Part shown: one piece after another, positions 27,304-36,308 of the stretch
Layout: each line of letters starts with the position of its first letter
Position numbering within the stretch: position 1 is the stretch's first letter
Assembly: GCA_023229505.1 (NCBI GenBank)
Contig: JALNZD010000001.1
Location: 130,823 to 194,822 of the forward strand
Origin: Bacteroidales bacterium
Lineage (GTDB): Bacteria; Bacteroidota; Bacteroidia; Bacteroidales; JAGOPY01
Direction: 5' to 3'
DNA: 64,000 bases
The notes under the pieces: model-generated
Database searches by the model: none
Seen by the model: the letters and a program-made list of their open reading frames with translations, nothing else
What the model was told of the DNA's origin: nothing
Translations under genes and position numbers: made by a program

Positions 27304-28350
27304 ATGTCTGCTGACCTCCCGGAAATGAATGAAGACCAGGAGGTGCTGGAAGAAAGCCAGGACCTTTACGAACATTATCGCTTTGTAGCCGATAAGGGAC
27401 AGGGGCTGCTGCGTATCGACAAATTCCTGATGCTCCGCATTGAAAATGCCACACGAAATAAGATCCAGCAAGCGGCCCATGCCGGCAACATACTGGTGAA
27501 CGGCCTTCCGGTCAAACCCAACTACCGGGTAAAACCGTTGGATGTGATCTCCATCGTTCTTTCACATCCTCCCAGGGAAATTGAGATCATCGCTGAAAAT
27601 ATCCCGGTGGAGATATTATACGAAGACAGCGACTTGCTGGTGGTTAACAAACAGGCAGGAATGGTCGTGCATCCGGCTTACGGGAATTATACGGGCACAC
27701 TGGTCAATGCCCTGGCTTTCCATCTCCAGGAGATCTCGCCGGACAAAGAACCTGGCCGGACCCCTTTCCTGGTTCACCGGATTGATAAGGACACCTCGGG
27801 GGTGATGATTGCAGCCAAGAACGAACTTGCCCAGGCCAGGCTGGCGGCACAGTTCTTTCATCACACGATCGACCGGCATTATCTTGCACTGGTCTGGGGT
27901 GATTTTGAAGATGATAAGGGCACCATTACCGGTCATATCGGGCGAAGCATCCGCGACCGCAAGGTTTTTGCCGTATTTTCAGATGGTAGCCAGGGCAGGC
28001 ATGCCGTGACACATTACACTGTTATCGAAAGATTCGGATATGTGACTTTGCTGGACTGCAAGCTCGAAACCGGCCGTACACACCAGATCCGGGTACATTT
28101 CCAGCATATCCGGCATCCCCTTTTTGGCGATGAAACTTATGGGGGCAATGTGATCCTGAAAGGCACCACCTTCACAAAATATAAGCAATTCGTGAATAAC
28201 TGCTTTGCGATCCTCCCACGCCAGGCCCTGCATGCACGCTTACTAGCCTTTATCCACCCCACTACCAAACAATGGATCCAGTTTGAGTCCGAACCGCCCG
28301 AAGATATGGCTACGGTGATTGAGAGGTGGAGGCGGTACAGGAAAGAATAA
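27304..28350 (+). CDS. rluD: RluA-family 23S rRNA pseudouridine synthase (RluD-like, with S4 domain)
   Basis: S4-like N-terminus (LLRIDKFL...), catalytic HRIDKDTSGVM, and GRTHQIRVH. Confidence 0.9.
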   Translation: MSADLPEMNEDQEVLEESQDLYEHYRFVADKGQGLLRIDKFLMLRIENATRNKIQQAAHAGNILVNGLPVKPNYRVKPLDVISIVLSHPPREIEIIAENIPVEILYEDSDLLVVNKQAGMVVHPAYGNYTGTLVNALAFHLQEISPDKEPGRTPFLVHRIDKDTSGVMIAAKNELAQARLAAQFFHHTIDRHYLALVWGDFEDDKGTITGHIGRSIRDRKVFAVFSDGSQGRHAVTHYTVIERFGYVTLLDCKLETGRTHQIRVHFQHIRHPLFGDETYGGNVILKGTTFTKYKQFVNNCFAILPRQALHARLLAFIHPTTKQWIQFESEPPEDMATVIERWRRYRKE

Positions 28351-28408
28351 TTCCAAATTCCAAATTCCAAATTCCAAATTGCTGACTGCTGACTGTTGAC
28401 TGCTGACT
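28351..28408. repeat. Two adjacent 4x heptamer arrays that fill the whole convergent spacer
   Basis: TTCCAAA x4 (28351-28378), then TT, then GCTGACT GCTGACT GTTGACT GCTGACT (28381-28408). Confidence 0.9.
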
Positions 28409-29190
28409 TAATTTCCTGCCCTCTTTGCTTCATTCCAGAAAGCATCCATTTCCTCCAGCGACATCTGGTGAAGGGCCTTGCCCGTGTTCCTGGCACCTTT
28501 CTCAACATATTGAAACCTCTTGATGAATTTTCTGTTAGTCCGTTCAAGGGCATCTTCAGGATTGATATCGATAAAACGGGCATAATTGACCAGAGCAAAT
28601 AACAGGTCGCCAAATTCCATCTCAAGCTTTTGCTTGTCAAAATCTTCTTCAGCACATTCGACTTCTCTTCTGAACTCGTGCATTTCCTCAACTACCTTAT
28701 CCCATACCTGCGAGATTTTATCCCAGTCGAAACCGACACCGCCGGCCTTTTCCTGGATGCGGTAAGCTTTAACCAGTGCAGGAAGTGAATGAGGAACACC
28801 CCCCAACACTGACTCACGGCCTTCTGTCATTTTGATTTTCTCCCAGTTGTCCCTGACCTCGCCTGCATTTTTCACCTGCACATTGCCGTATATATGAGGG
28901 TGCCGCCTGATCAGTTTCTCACATATCGAGTCAAGTACATCCCTGATATCAAACGCATTCTTTTCACTTCCAATTTTCGCGTAAAAAACGATATGCAGCA
29001 TCAGGTCGCCAAGTTCATTTTTGATTCCATCCGGGTCCTTTTCCATGATTGAATCTGACAGCTCATAAGTTTCCTCCAATGTCAGGTGCCGGAGGCTGTC
29101 GAAAGTCTGCTCACGATCCCAGGGGCATTTCTCCCTTAATTCATCCATAATATTGAGAAGGTTTGCAAAAGATTGTATCCGGGGATCCAT
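28408..29190 (-). CDS. mazG: MazG nucleoside triphosphate pyrophosphohydrolase
   Basis: The likely start is MDPRIQSFANLLNIMDELREKCPWDREQTF (ATG at 29190). It carries the two MazG EExxE/ELGDL repeats. The 71-codon upstream extension of the track ORF overlaps the divergent promoter region. Confidence 0.88.
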   Translation of the reverse strand: MDPRIQSFANLLNIMDELREKCPWDREQTFDSLRHLTLEETYELSDSIMEKDPDGIKNELGDLMLHIVFYAKIGSEKNAFDIRDVLDSICEKLIRRHPHIYGNVQVKNAGEVRDNWEKIKMTEGRESVLGGVPHSLPALVKAYRIQEKAGGVGFDWDKISQVWDKVVEEMHEFRREVECAEEDFDKQKLEMEFGDLLFALVNYARFIDINPEDALERTNRKFIKRFQYVEKGARNTGKALHQMSLEEMDAFWNEAKRAGN

Positions 29191-29205
29191 AAATCTTATT
29201 TTACG

Positions 29206-29213
29206 CAAAAGTA
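29206..29213 (-). promoter_or_regulatory. -7 box (TACTTTTG on the minus strand) for mazG
   Basis: Plus-strand CAAAAGTA, 16 nt upstream of the ATG at 29190. Confidence 0.4.
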
Positions 29214-29259
29214 AGGTTAAATGACCTATGGGTTTACCTTTAACTGGATTGTATTTTAC

Positions 29260-29267
29260 TAATTTTG
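29260..29267 (+). promoter_or_regulatory. -7 box TAATTTTG
   Basis: 45 nt upstream of the ATG at 29312. Confidence 0.45.
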
Positions 29268-29311
29268 TCCACACCTTTATTCTCGGAGTTATTTCATGGT
29301 CAGTCCCTGTC

Positions 29312-30493
29312 ATGCATAAGCTATTCAGAACATTACCCGGTGGTTTTACCCTGCGGGGCACAATCGGGCTTTTGGTTCTGTTCTTTTTGGCAGGTCCTGT
29401 CAATGCACAACAAGAATTCCGTCACAAGCTCCGGAGTCATGGCATTGTATTGGAAGGCAGGGTTTACTATGGCTGGACACTTGACCATCATATTGAAATA
29501 ACGCCTTATAAACGGCACTACCCTGCTTATGAAATAAGCGTTCTCAAGGCCACTTATGGCCGCACACGTTGGGAATACATGTACAATTATCCTCTGATCG
29601 GGATTTCATATTGGTATTCCGACCTTGGTCGCACCAAGCCCCTGGGGGCGGCTCATGCAATTTTCCCCTACATTAATTTTCCATTACTACAGAAGAAAGG
29701 ATTTAATGTCTATTTCCGGCTTGGTGTGGGCATCGGTTACCTTACCCAAAAATACGACCGCTATGATAATTTCGAGAACCTGGCCATTGGCTCTCATCTC
29801 AATGGCGCCGTCAATCTTCTTCTTGAAGCCCGCCTGCGATTGGGCAAAAGGTTCATGGCAGCCGGGGGAGTATCGTTAATGCATTTTTCCAATGGGGCCA
29901 TCAAACAACCAAACTATGGCCTGAATATGCCCGGGGTTAGCTTTTCCCTGGCCTACAGGCTGAGCCGGGAAAACCCTTATCAGAGGCAGAAACTGCTTCC
30001 GGAACTCGTCCCCTTTGAATTCGATGGAAAGAAGTTTCTTCAACTCGACTTGAATGCAGGATTCGGTATCAAAGACTTACATGCCACTCTTGGTAATGGG
30101 AACCAATATGTTGTGGCTGTGGTTTATGGTAACCTGCTCTGGCCTGTGCGTTTCAAGAGCAGAATCGGTTTTGGCTTCGATATCTCGTATGATGGTTCGG
30201 ATGAGAAACTGCTTGAAGTCAGGGGTAACGTTCCAAAACACCGGATCAATATTGTCAAAACCGGCGTGACAGGAAGCTATGAGCTTGCTTTCTCCAGGAT
30301 GGCAATTATGATGAACCTGGGTATAAATATTTCAGGTGCCGATAAAAGCGATGGTTATGTCTATGAAAAGCTTGCCCTCCGCTACAGGATTACAAAAAAC
30401 CTTTTCGGCAGCCTTACGCTGAAAGCTTATTATGGCAAGGCCGATTATATCACATTCGGATTGGGTTACAGGATACCTGTCAAATATTACTGA
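29312..30493 (+). CDS. Outer-membrane beta-barrel protein, acyloxyacyl hydrolase (PagL-like) family candidate
   Basis: The likely start is MHKLFRT...FFLAGPVNAQ (signal peptide). It has an HFSNG motif as in lipid A deacylases and a beta-barrel-like C-terminus ending GYRIPVKYY. Confidence 0.5.
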   Translation: MHKLFRTLPGGFTLRGTIGLLVLFFLAGPVNAQQEFRHKLRSHGIVLEGRVYYGWTLDHHIEITPYKRHYPAYEISVLKATYGRTRWEYMYNYPLIGISYWYSDLGRTKPLGAAHAIFPYINFPLLQKKGFNVYFRLGVGIGYLTQKYDRYDNFENLAIGSHLNGAVNLLLEARLRLGKRFMAAGGVSLMHFSNGAIKQPNYGLNMPGVSFSLAYRLSRENPYQRQKLLPELVPFEFDGKKFLQLDLNAGFGIKDLHATLGNGNQYVVAVVYGNLLWPVRFKSRIGFGFDISYDGSDEKLLEVRGNVPKHRINIVKTGVTGSYELAFSRMAIMMNLGINISGADKSDGYVYEKLALRYRITKNLFGSLTLKAYYGKADYITFGLGYRIPVKYY

Positions 30494-30503
30494 TAAAGAA
30501 AAG

Positions 30504-31247
30504 ATGAAGATGAAAAGACTGATCAAATTATTTTTCACTGTAATGGCGCTATTACTTACCCAATGTAGCAAAGATGATGGCATATGCGTCAGTTCAACCG
30601 GGAAAACTATCACGCAGGATCGCACAGGTCTTCCGTATCATTATGTTGAAGTTTACGATAACATCAATCTTATTCTGACCCAGGATAGCGCCTTTACCGG
30701 CATAAAAGTGGAAGCCGGTGAGAATCTCATTGATGGCATCACAACTGAGATTGACAGCGGGAAGCTCGTGCTTAGGAATTGTAATTCATGTAACTGGCTG
30801 CGGAGCTTCGAAGTACCGGTGAATGTTTACCTGACATTTACCCAACTGGACACCCTTATTTTTCGTGCAGCCGGAAAAATTACCTGCACCAATGAATGGA
30901 CGAATGATTCCGTCTATTTTGATGTGATCGGGGGAGGAGGACAAATTGACCTGAAACTGAATGTATTTAAATCTTATTTATCTGTCCTGTACGGAACAGT
31001 TACCGTCAATGTCACAGGGTTTTCGCAGGTCACCTTCATTTCAAGCCAGGGATATGGCCCCTTTCACGCTGAAAATCTTTACTCAATGTATACTTACATT
31101 TACACTTACAGCCCGAATGATGTGTTTGTTTATGCCAAGAATGAGCTGGGCGCAGAGATCGGCAATATCGGCAACGTTTATTACCGTGGCGACCCGCCGG
31201 AAGTTAGCACCAACATTACTGGTGAAGGGAAGCTTATTAAACTATGA
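30504..31247 (+). CDS. Lipoprotein, DUF2807/GIN-domain-like (putative)
   Basis: The start is MKMKRLIKLFFTVMALLLTQC (lipobox), followed by repetitive beta-helix-like segments. The family call is tentative. Confidence 0.45.
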   Translation: MKMKRLIKLFFTVMALLLTQCSKDDGICVSSTGKTITQDRTGLPYHYVEVYDNINLILTQDSAFTGIKVEAGENLIDGITTEIDSGKLVLRNCNSCNWLRSFEVPVNVYLTFTQLDTLIFRAAGKITCTNEWTNDSVYFDVIGGGGQIDLKLNVFKSYLSVLYGTVTVNVTGFSQVTFISSQGYGPFHAENLYSMYTYIYTYSPNDVFVYAKNELGAEIGNIGNVYYRGDPPEVSTNITGEGKLIKL

Positions 31248-31254
31248 GTAGGCT

Positions 31255-31343
31255 GTTGACAGTTGACAGTTGACAGTTGGCAGGATTATTAAACTGCTTA
31301 CTTCTAACTGTCAACTGTCAACTGTCAACTGTCAACTGTCAAC
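31255..31343. repeat. Inverted heptamer arrays forming a long hairpin, likely a bidirectional terminator
   Basis: GTTGACA x3 plus GTTGGCA (31255-31282), a 26-nt spacer, then TGTCAAC x5 (31309-31343). It lies between convergent stops at 31247 and 31347. Confidence 0.8.
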
Positions 31344-31346
31344 TTC

Positions 31347-31982
31347 TTAATGCCTGTGCGCAAGGTAATCTGCTACACCCTCGGCAGTGGCCTTCATGGC
31401 TGTCTCACCTGCGTGCCAGTTGGCCGGGCAAACCTCGCCATTTTCTTCGAAGAACTGAAGTGCATCGACCATGCGGAGAGCTTCGTCAATGCTGCGGCCA
31501 AGCGGCAGGTCGTTGACCAATTGGTGACGCACTACACCCTGCTTATCGATCAGAAATAATCCACGGTAAGCTACGGCTTCACCTTCGAAATCCAACTCGC
31601 CATCTTCCGTATAATCATATTCACCGGCAAGCACATCATAGTTTTCCGAGATGGTTTTGGAAAGATCAGATACCAATGGGAAAGTAACACCTTTTATGCC
31701 GCCATCTTTCAACTCAGTATTCAGCCATGCCCAGTGAGAAAATTTACTATCTATCGAACATCCGACCACTGCTACATTTCTTTGCTCAAACTCTGCAAGT
31801 TTATCCTGGAATGCCAGGATCTCAGTCGGGCACACAAAAGTAAAATCCAAAGGGTAAAAAAAGAAAACAACATATTTTTTCCCAATGAATTGTTCAAGGG
31901 AAAATTTCCCGACAAATTCACCACCATTTATCACGGCGTCAGCTTCGAATAACGGAGCCTTTTTACCAACTAAAACTGCCAT
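31347..31982 (-). CDS. 2-Cys peroxiredoxin (AhpC/Tsa family)
   Basis: FFFYPLDFTFVCPTEI (peroxidatic Cys) and a C-terminal resolving Cys (EVCPANW). Confidence 0.9.
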   Translation of the reverse strand: MAVLVGKKAPLFEADAVINGGEFVGKFSLEQFIGKKYVVFFFYPLDFTFVCPTEILAFQDKLAEFEQRNVAVVGCSIDSKFSHWAWLNTELKDGGIKGVTFPLVSDLSKTISENYDVLAGEYDYTEDGELDFEGEAVAYRGLFLIDKQGVVRHQLVNDLPLGRSIDEALRMVDALQFFEENGEVCPANWHAGETAMKATAEGVADYLAHRH

Positions 31983-31990
31983 ACAATATT

Positions 31991-32053
31991 AATTTTAAGT
32001 TTTAAATTTTAAATTTTAAGTTAATTCTGTATTCTATATTCTGTCTTCTAATA
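31991..32053. repeat. Period-7 array (9 units) upstream of the peroxiredoxin gene
   Basis: AATTTTA AGTTTTA AATTTTA AATTTTA AGTTAAT TCTGTAT TCTATAT TCTGTCT TCTAATA. Confidence 0.75.
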
Positions 32054-32058
32054 AATTA

Positions 32059-32066
32059 CAAAGGTA
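32059..32066 (-). promoter_or_regulatory. -7 box (TACCTTTG on the minus strand) for the peroxiredoxin gene
   Basis: Plus-strand CAAAGGTA, 77 nt upstream of the ATG at 31982. Confidence 0.4.
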
Positions 32067-32092
32067 ATCCATTCCTCCAGATATTCAACAAC

Positions 32093-33607
32093 TCACATAA
32101 TCTCCCTGATATCAAAGATCAGCATTTTATCATCGAGGAAATCGTACAGGGTCATTTTACGCAGCTGATAATAATTTACCCAGTAACTGCGAAGGGCTGA
32201 ATAATAACCTTTCCGGGCATTATCATTGTCGATCTGCGCATTGTTGAGTTCGAGCACGTCATTAACCTGGCCGATCATGTAACGTTTCTGAGTCACATCG
32301 TATCTTTTCTGTGCCACCGTATCGGCTTTGGCCGCAATAAACAGCTGATTCTTCTGCATATTAAACTGCATAACGGTCAGAAATACATTTTGTTCAAAAT
32401 CTATAATTTCCTGCTCAACAGATGTTTGTTCAAGTTCGAAGTTTGATTCCGCTACCCTGATTTGTCCTCTTGCCTTCCCCCAATCGAGGATAGGTATGTT
32501 CATTCCGACATTCAGCTGCTGCTGATCTACAGGGTTCTTGTATACATTGGATAATAATCCGGTACTTTGCGTCAGTCCGTATTCAACGTAAAGGTCTGCA
32601 TCAAACCTTCCGTTCATTTTAGCTCTTCTGACATCGCTTTCAGCAGTGATCAGCCGTTCCTGGAAGTCTATTGAAGCAGCGGTGTTTCTTCTGGCTTCAT
32701 CCAATGCTTTTGCTGCACTGATCATATCATACCGGGTTTCCGCCGGCGGCAATAGTTTAATTGCACCGGCATCTTTTATCCTCAGATAAGACTTGAGGCG
32801 GAACAACATATTCTCATAATCAAGGCTTGCATTATCCACTGAAGCTTTCGCCCTGAGAAAGTTGAGCTCAAGTTGCAAGAGGTCGTTTTCAGCAATCTTT
32901 CCCAGTTGGTACCTCCCCCGGGCGATCTTGTAAAGGGTATCATAATTGTTCAGGTTCTTTTCGGCAATTAACTTCTCGATCTGCGCCAGTAACAAATTAA
33001 AAAAATGATTGATCGTCGTGATAGAAACCTGCTCAACATCTTCCATATACTGCCGTTTGGCTTTCTCATACTTGAGCGGCTCCAGTTGCTTCGCCCAGCG
33101 GTATTCGTTATACTGGAAAACAGGCTGGCGATATCCTATGATTATTGGTGTCGATTGATAATTGGAGTACGTGCTGTCCGGATAAAAATTATCCAAACGT
33201 TGAAGCCGTGATTCAAGGAAAACTGACCCACCGGTGAAACCGATTTTCTGATTAATCGTCATCCCGGCTGAATAATTGCCAAGCGTGTTATATTGGAAGA
33301 TATCCGGTCCGTCCGGGACGGAAATCGTACGGAATGAACGGCTGAAACTGGGAAGATTAGCATCCAGATTAACGGAAGGGAGATAGTCGGCTTTGAAAGA
33401 GCGATACTGCCAATAGTTAATCCTGAAACGATGCTTGGCGATCATGGCATCTGAAGATTTAGTCTGGGCAATGGCCAGGGCATCGCTGAGGTTCAGCACC
33501 AGGGTGTCATTCTGGGAAAATGCAGATGACAGGTTGATCATCAGGACAAAAGCAACAGAAAAAATGATCTTTGACCTCTTGATGGAATATGATTTTATTC
33601 TATTCAT
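32093..33607 (-). CDS. TolC-family outer-membrane efflux protein
   Basis: 504 aa with a signal peptide and the two-repeat coiled architecture typical of OMF proteins. It overlaps the permease stop by 8 nt. Confidence 0.85.
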   Translation of the reverse strand: MNRIKSYSIKRSKIIFSVAFVLMINLSSAFSQNDTLVLNLSDALAIAQTKSSDAMIAKHRFRINYWQYRSFKADYLPSVNLDANLPSFSRSFRTISVPDGPDIFQYNTLGNYSAGMTINQKIGFTGGSVFLESRLQRLDNFYPDSTYSNYQSTPIIIGYRQPVFQYNEYRWAKQLEPLKYEKAKRQYMEDVEQVSITTINHFFNLLLAQIEKLIAEKNLNNYDTLYKIARGRYQLGKIAENDLLQLELNFLRAKASVDNASLDYENMLFRLKSYLRIKDAGAIKLLPPAETRYDMISAAKALDEARRNTAASIDFQERLITAESDVRRAKMNGRFDADLYVEYGLTQSTGLLSNVYKNPVDQQQLNVGMNIPILDWGKARGQIRVAESNFELEQTSVEQEIIDFEQNVFLTVMQFNMQKNQLFIAAKADTVAQKRYDVTQKRYMIGQVNDVLELNNAQIDNDNARKGYYSALRSYWVNYYQLRKMTLYDFLDDKMLIFDIREIM

Positions 33608-34994
33608 ATCTTAAAGATTCAACCGGATCCTGGTCCGAGGCCCTTTTTGCCGGCATGTATCCGAAGAGGATTCCTATAAAAGCTGAAACCCCGAATGATA
33701 CCACGATTGATATCGGTTTGACTATCGTCAGGATCCCTGTGGTGCGGTGGATCATTATGGCAAAAATGACGCCAAGGGCAATGCCGATCACCCCGCCGGA
33801 GATGCTGATGATGATGGCTTCAGAAAGAAACTGGAAAATGACATCTCTCCGGGTAGCCCCTGATGCCCGGCGGATGCCGATCTCTTTGGTCCGTTCCATG
33901 ACTGACGCCAGCATGATGTTCATGATGCCAATGCCCCCTACTACCAATGAAATACCTGCAATGAAACCCAGGACGATGTTGAAAATGTCTTTTGTTTTTT
34001 GTTCCTGTTTAAGTAATAACTCAGGAACACTAATCTGAAAATCATCAACCTGCTGATGCCGCCTTTTCAGCATGGCTGTAAGGGCTTTTGTGGTAGCATC
34101 CAGGTATTTGCTGTCGGACACCTGTACCACGACCTTATCCAGCTGGTTATAATTGTCATCCATTGAACCCGAAGAACTGCTTGAAAAGGAAGCCATGCCT
34201 CCATCTATAAACATCATCGAACTCCCCCCCTGCCGCAGCGAGGCATCATTTACATAAGCACGGTCCCTGTACCTGAGCAGTACCGTGTGGATGGGCGCAT
34301 AGATATGGTCATTGTAATCACTGATGCCAATGTCTTTTGATTCATCAACCTGGAAAGCCCGGTTTTCTAATACACCGATCACGGTAAGCCAGATCCCGCC
34401 ACATTTGATGGTTTTACCCAATGGGTCTTCCTGTGAGAAGAACCTTGATTTTACGCTGGGGCCGATAATACAAACCGGGCTGCCTGATATTACCTGCTGT
34501 TCCTGGAAATACTGTCCCGCAAATAGTTTCAGGTTATAAACTTCGAAAAAATCGTTGGTCACCCCGATCAACTTGGCTGCTGAACGTTTGCCGCCTTTAA
34601 TAATGAAAGAGTCATAACTAACTTCAGCACTGACCCTCGTGACGGTCGGAATAATGTCTTTTATGCTTTCAGCGTCTTCCAGGGTAAGGCCAGGGGAATA
34701 TTTTTTCTGCATCTTCTGCCCGCTGCTTTCTTCAGCTGATCCTCCCCCACTTTTACCGTTCAGTTCGAGCAGTGGGGTGACGACGATGTTGTTCACCCCG
34801 ACCAGTTTGATCTGGTCGAGGATTTCTTTCCTGGCGCCATTTCCAATGGCCATCATGGAGATTACTGCTGCTACCCCAAATATGACGCCCAGTGCGGTGA
34901 GCATTGATCTGAAACGGTTGGCGATCACTGCTTCCACCGCAATATTGAGCGAGTGGAAATAACGCTGGTAGGTTGTTTTCCGGATATTTTTCAT
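33600..34994 (-). CDS. MacB/FtsX-type ABC transporter permease (no ATPase domain)
   Basis: N-terminal TM helix, a large periplasmic domain, and the C-terminal FtsX block (ERTKEIGIRRASGATRRDVIFQFLSEA). Confidence 0.85.
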   Translation of the reverse strand: MKNIRKTTYQRYFHSLNIAVEAVIANRFRSMLTALGVIFGVAAVISMMAIGNGARKEILDQIKLVGVNNIVVTPLLELNGKSGGGSAEESSGQKMQKKYSPGLTLEDAESIKDIIPTVTRVSAEVSYDSFIIKGGKRSAAKLIGVTNDFFEVYNLKLFAGQYFQEQQVISGSPVCIIGPSVKSRFFSQEDPLGKTIKCGGIWLTVIGVLENRAFQVDESKDIGISDYNDHIYAPIHTVLLRYRDRAYVNDASLRQGGSSMMFIDGGMASFSSSSSGSMDDNYNQLDKVVVQVSDSKYLDATTKALTAMLKRRHQQVDDFQISVPELLLKQEQKTKDIFNIVLGFIAGISLVVGGIGIMNIMLASVMERTKEIGIRRASGATRRDVIFQFLSEAIIISISGGVIGIALGVIFAIMIHRTTGILTIVKPISIVVSFGVSAFIGILFGYMPAKRASDQDPVESLRYE

Positions 34995-35002
34995 CTTAAT
35001 GG

Positions 35003-36283
35003 CTAATGGGCCTTGTCGCTTTCCTGGCGGAATTTCCCGATCACCTCGGGATCAAGCCTGATTAGCTTGCTCTTCTCCGCATCTGTCGGGGGAACCAGGT
35101 AGACCTCTTCACCCGCCTCCAGCCCGGCCCTGATAATCACTTCATTTTCATTAGAAAGGCCCGGAATAACCTGTTTGCGTGAATTTCCAACATAAACATA
35201 GCTCATACTATCATTCGATTGCACGCAATCAAGCGGAATAAAAAGTACGCTGTCGACACTCGACGTCAGGACCTCATTCTTGGTCGTCATCGCTGGTCTG
35301 AGAATTGAGTCAAATTCGTTCACTTCAATACTGACCTCAAAGACTTTGGCGTTTGAATTCGGCAGTTGCTGCCCGATGTTAGCCACTTCAGTCACAGTCC
35401 CGGTAAATTTCTTGTCGGGAAACGCGTCTACACCTATGCGTACCTCCTGGTTGACCTTGACTTTGCTGATATCAATCTCGTTCACATAAGTCTTGGATTT
35501 CATTTCTTTGAGATTGGGAAGTTCGGCAACAATCGGATCCCAGACACTGATTTGTGATCCAATCCCCTGCTTCTGGCCATCCCAGCCCCGGCGATAGATC
35601 ACCATGCCTGATTTAGGAGCAAATATGGTAAACTCGTTCAGCAACGCCACCATCTTGGCATAATCCGACTGGACTTTCTTCTTGGAAGTATTGATCTCCT
35701 GCATGTCAGCCTCGGACTTCCTGAGCTTTACTTCGTAATTTTCGACAGCTTGTTCATAATTCCGCTGGGCTCTTTCGAGTTCAATCTTTGCCTGTCGCTG
35801 CGTTGCCGGCGGTTCATAGATCGACTGGTCGACCACGATCTGTTTCTCTTCGAGGGCATACTTCAGGTTAACCAGGTTATCCCTGTTCGTTCTAAGCTCA
35901 AGGGTCGTATCTAGCTGGGTTTTGGTAAACTGGGTTTCCAGTTTCTCTATCTCAAGCTCCTGGTCTTTCATCTTATTCACCAGTTCGGTGCGGTCCAGCG
36001 TGGCAATGTATTCTCCCGAATCGACCACTGTTCCGTCCGGGATAATATCTTCGATCTTGATCTGCCAGATGCGGAAATCACGCAGGTTAACAGGACCGTT
36101 AATCTTTTCTGAGCTTTTAGCCTCCAGTTCCCCCGTTGTCGTAACCGTTACATCAAATTTACCAAATTTAACAGGGACCTTAACCGTCGTTTCTTTATCC
36201 GGGCCGCTTCCGGCGACCATCCAGATGATGACTATCAATAATACGGCGGCCAGGCTGATCAGATAAATCTTACTTTTTTTCAT
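35003..36283 (-). CDS. HlyD/MacA-type periplasmic adaptor (membrane fusion protein)
   Basis: N-terminal TM helix, a long coiled-coil hairpin, and beta-barrel/lipoyl-like segments (FTGTVTEVANIG...). Confidence 0.85.
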   Translation of the reverse strand: MKKSKIYLISLAAVLLIVIIWMVAGSGPDKETTVKVPVKFGKFDVTVTTTGELEAKSSEKINGPVNLRDFRIWQIKIEDIIPDGTVVDSGEYIATLDRTELVNKMKDQELEIEKLETQFTKTQLDTTLELRTNRDNLVNLKYALEEKQIVVDQSIYEPPATQRQAKIELERAQRNYEQAVENYEVKLRKSEADMQEINTSKKKVQSDYAKMVALLNEFTIFAPKSGMVIYRRGWDGQKQGIGSQISVWDPIVAELPNLKEMKSKTYVNEIDISKVKVNQEVRIGVDAFPDKKFTGTVTEVANIGQQLPNSNAKVFEVSIEVNEFDSILRPAMTTKNEVLTSSVDSVLFIPLDCVQSNDSMSYVYVGNSRKQVIPGLSNENEVIIRAGLEAGEEVYLVPPTDAEKSKLIRLDPEVIGKFRQESDKAH

Positions 36284-36308
36284 AATGGCCAGTGTTGATA
36301 TGACTATG

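Noticed and set aside
28351-28408. Heptamer and octamer arrays as possible CRISPR arrays.
   Set aside because: The units are 7-8 nt with no unique spacers between them, and no cas genes are present. This is not CRISPR architecture.
28137-28691. 184-aa minus-strand ORF spanning the rluD 3' end, the array and the mazG 3' region.
   Set aside because: It overlaps two conserved genes and the repeat spacer, and its sequence shows no features.
28408-29403. Long N-terminal extensions in track ORFs: mazG to 29403, 29228, 30432, 12293, 48187, 52420, 55099 and 59854.
   Set aside because: The extensions lack homology logic, overlap upstream genes or promoter boxes, and several start at non-ATG codons. 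Internal ATGs give canonical N-termini or signal peptides.
31255-31282. TTGACA words in the arrays acting as sigma-70 -35 promoter elements.
   Set aside because: The context is Bacteroidota, where promoters use TTTG/TAnnTTTG rather than TTGACA/TATAAT. No -10 partner is found at the correct spacing.
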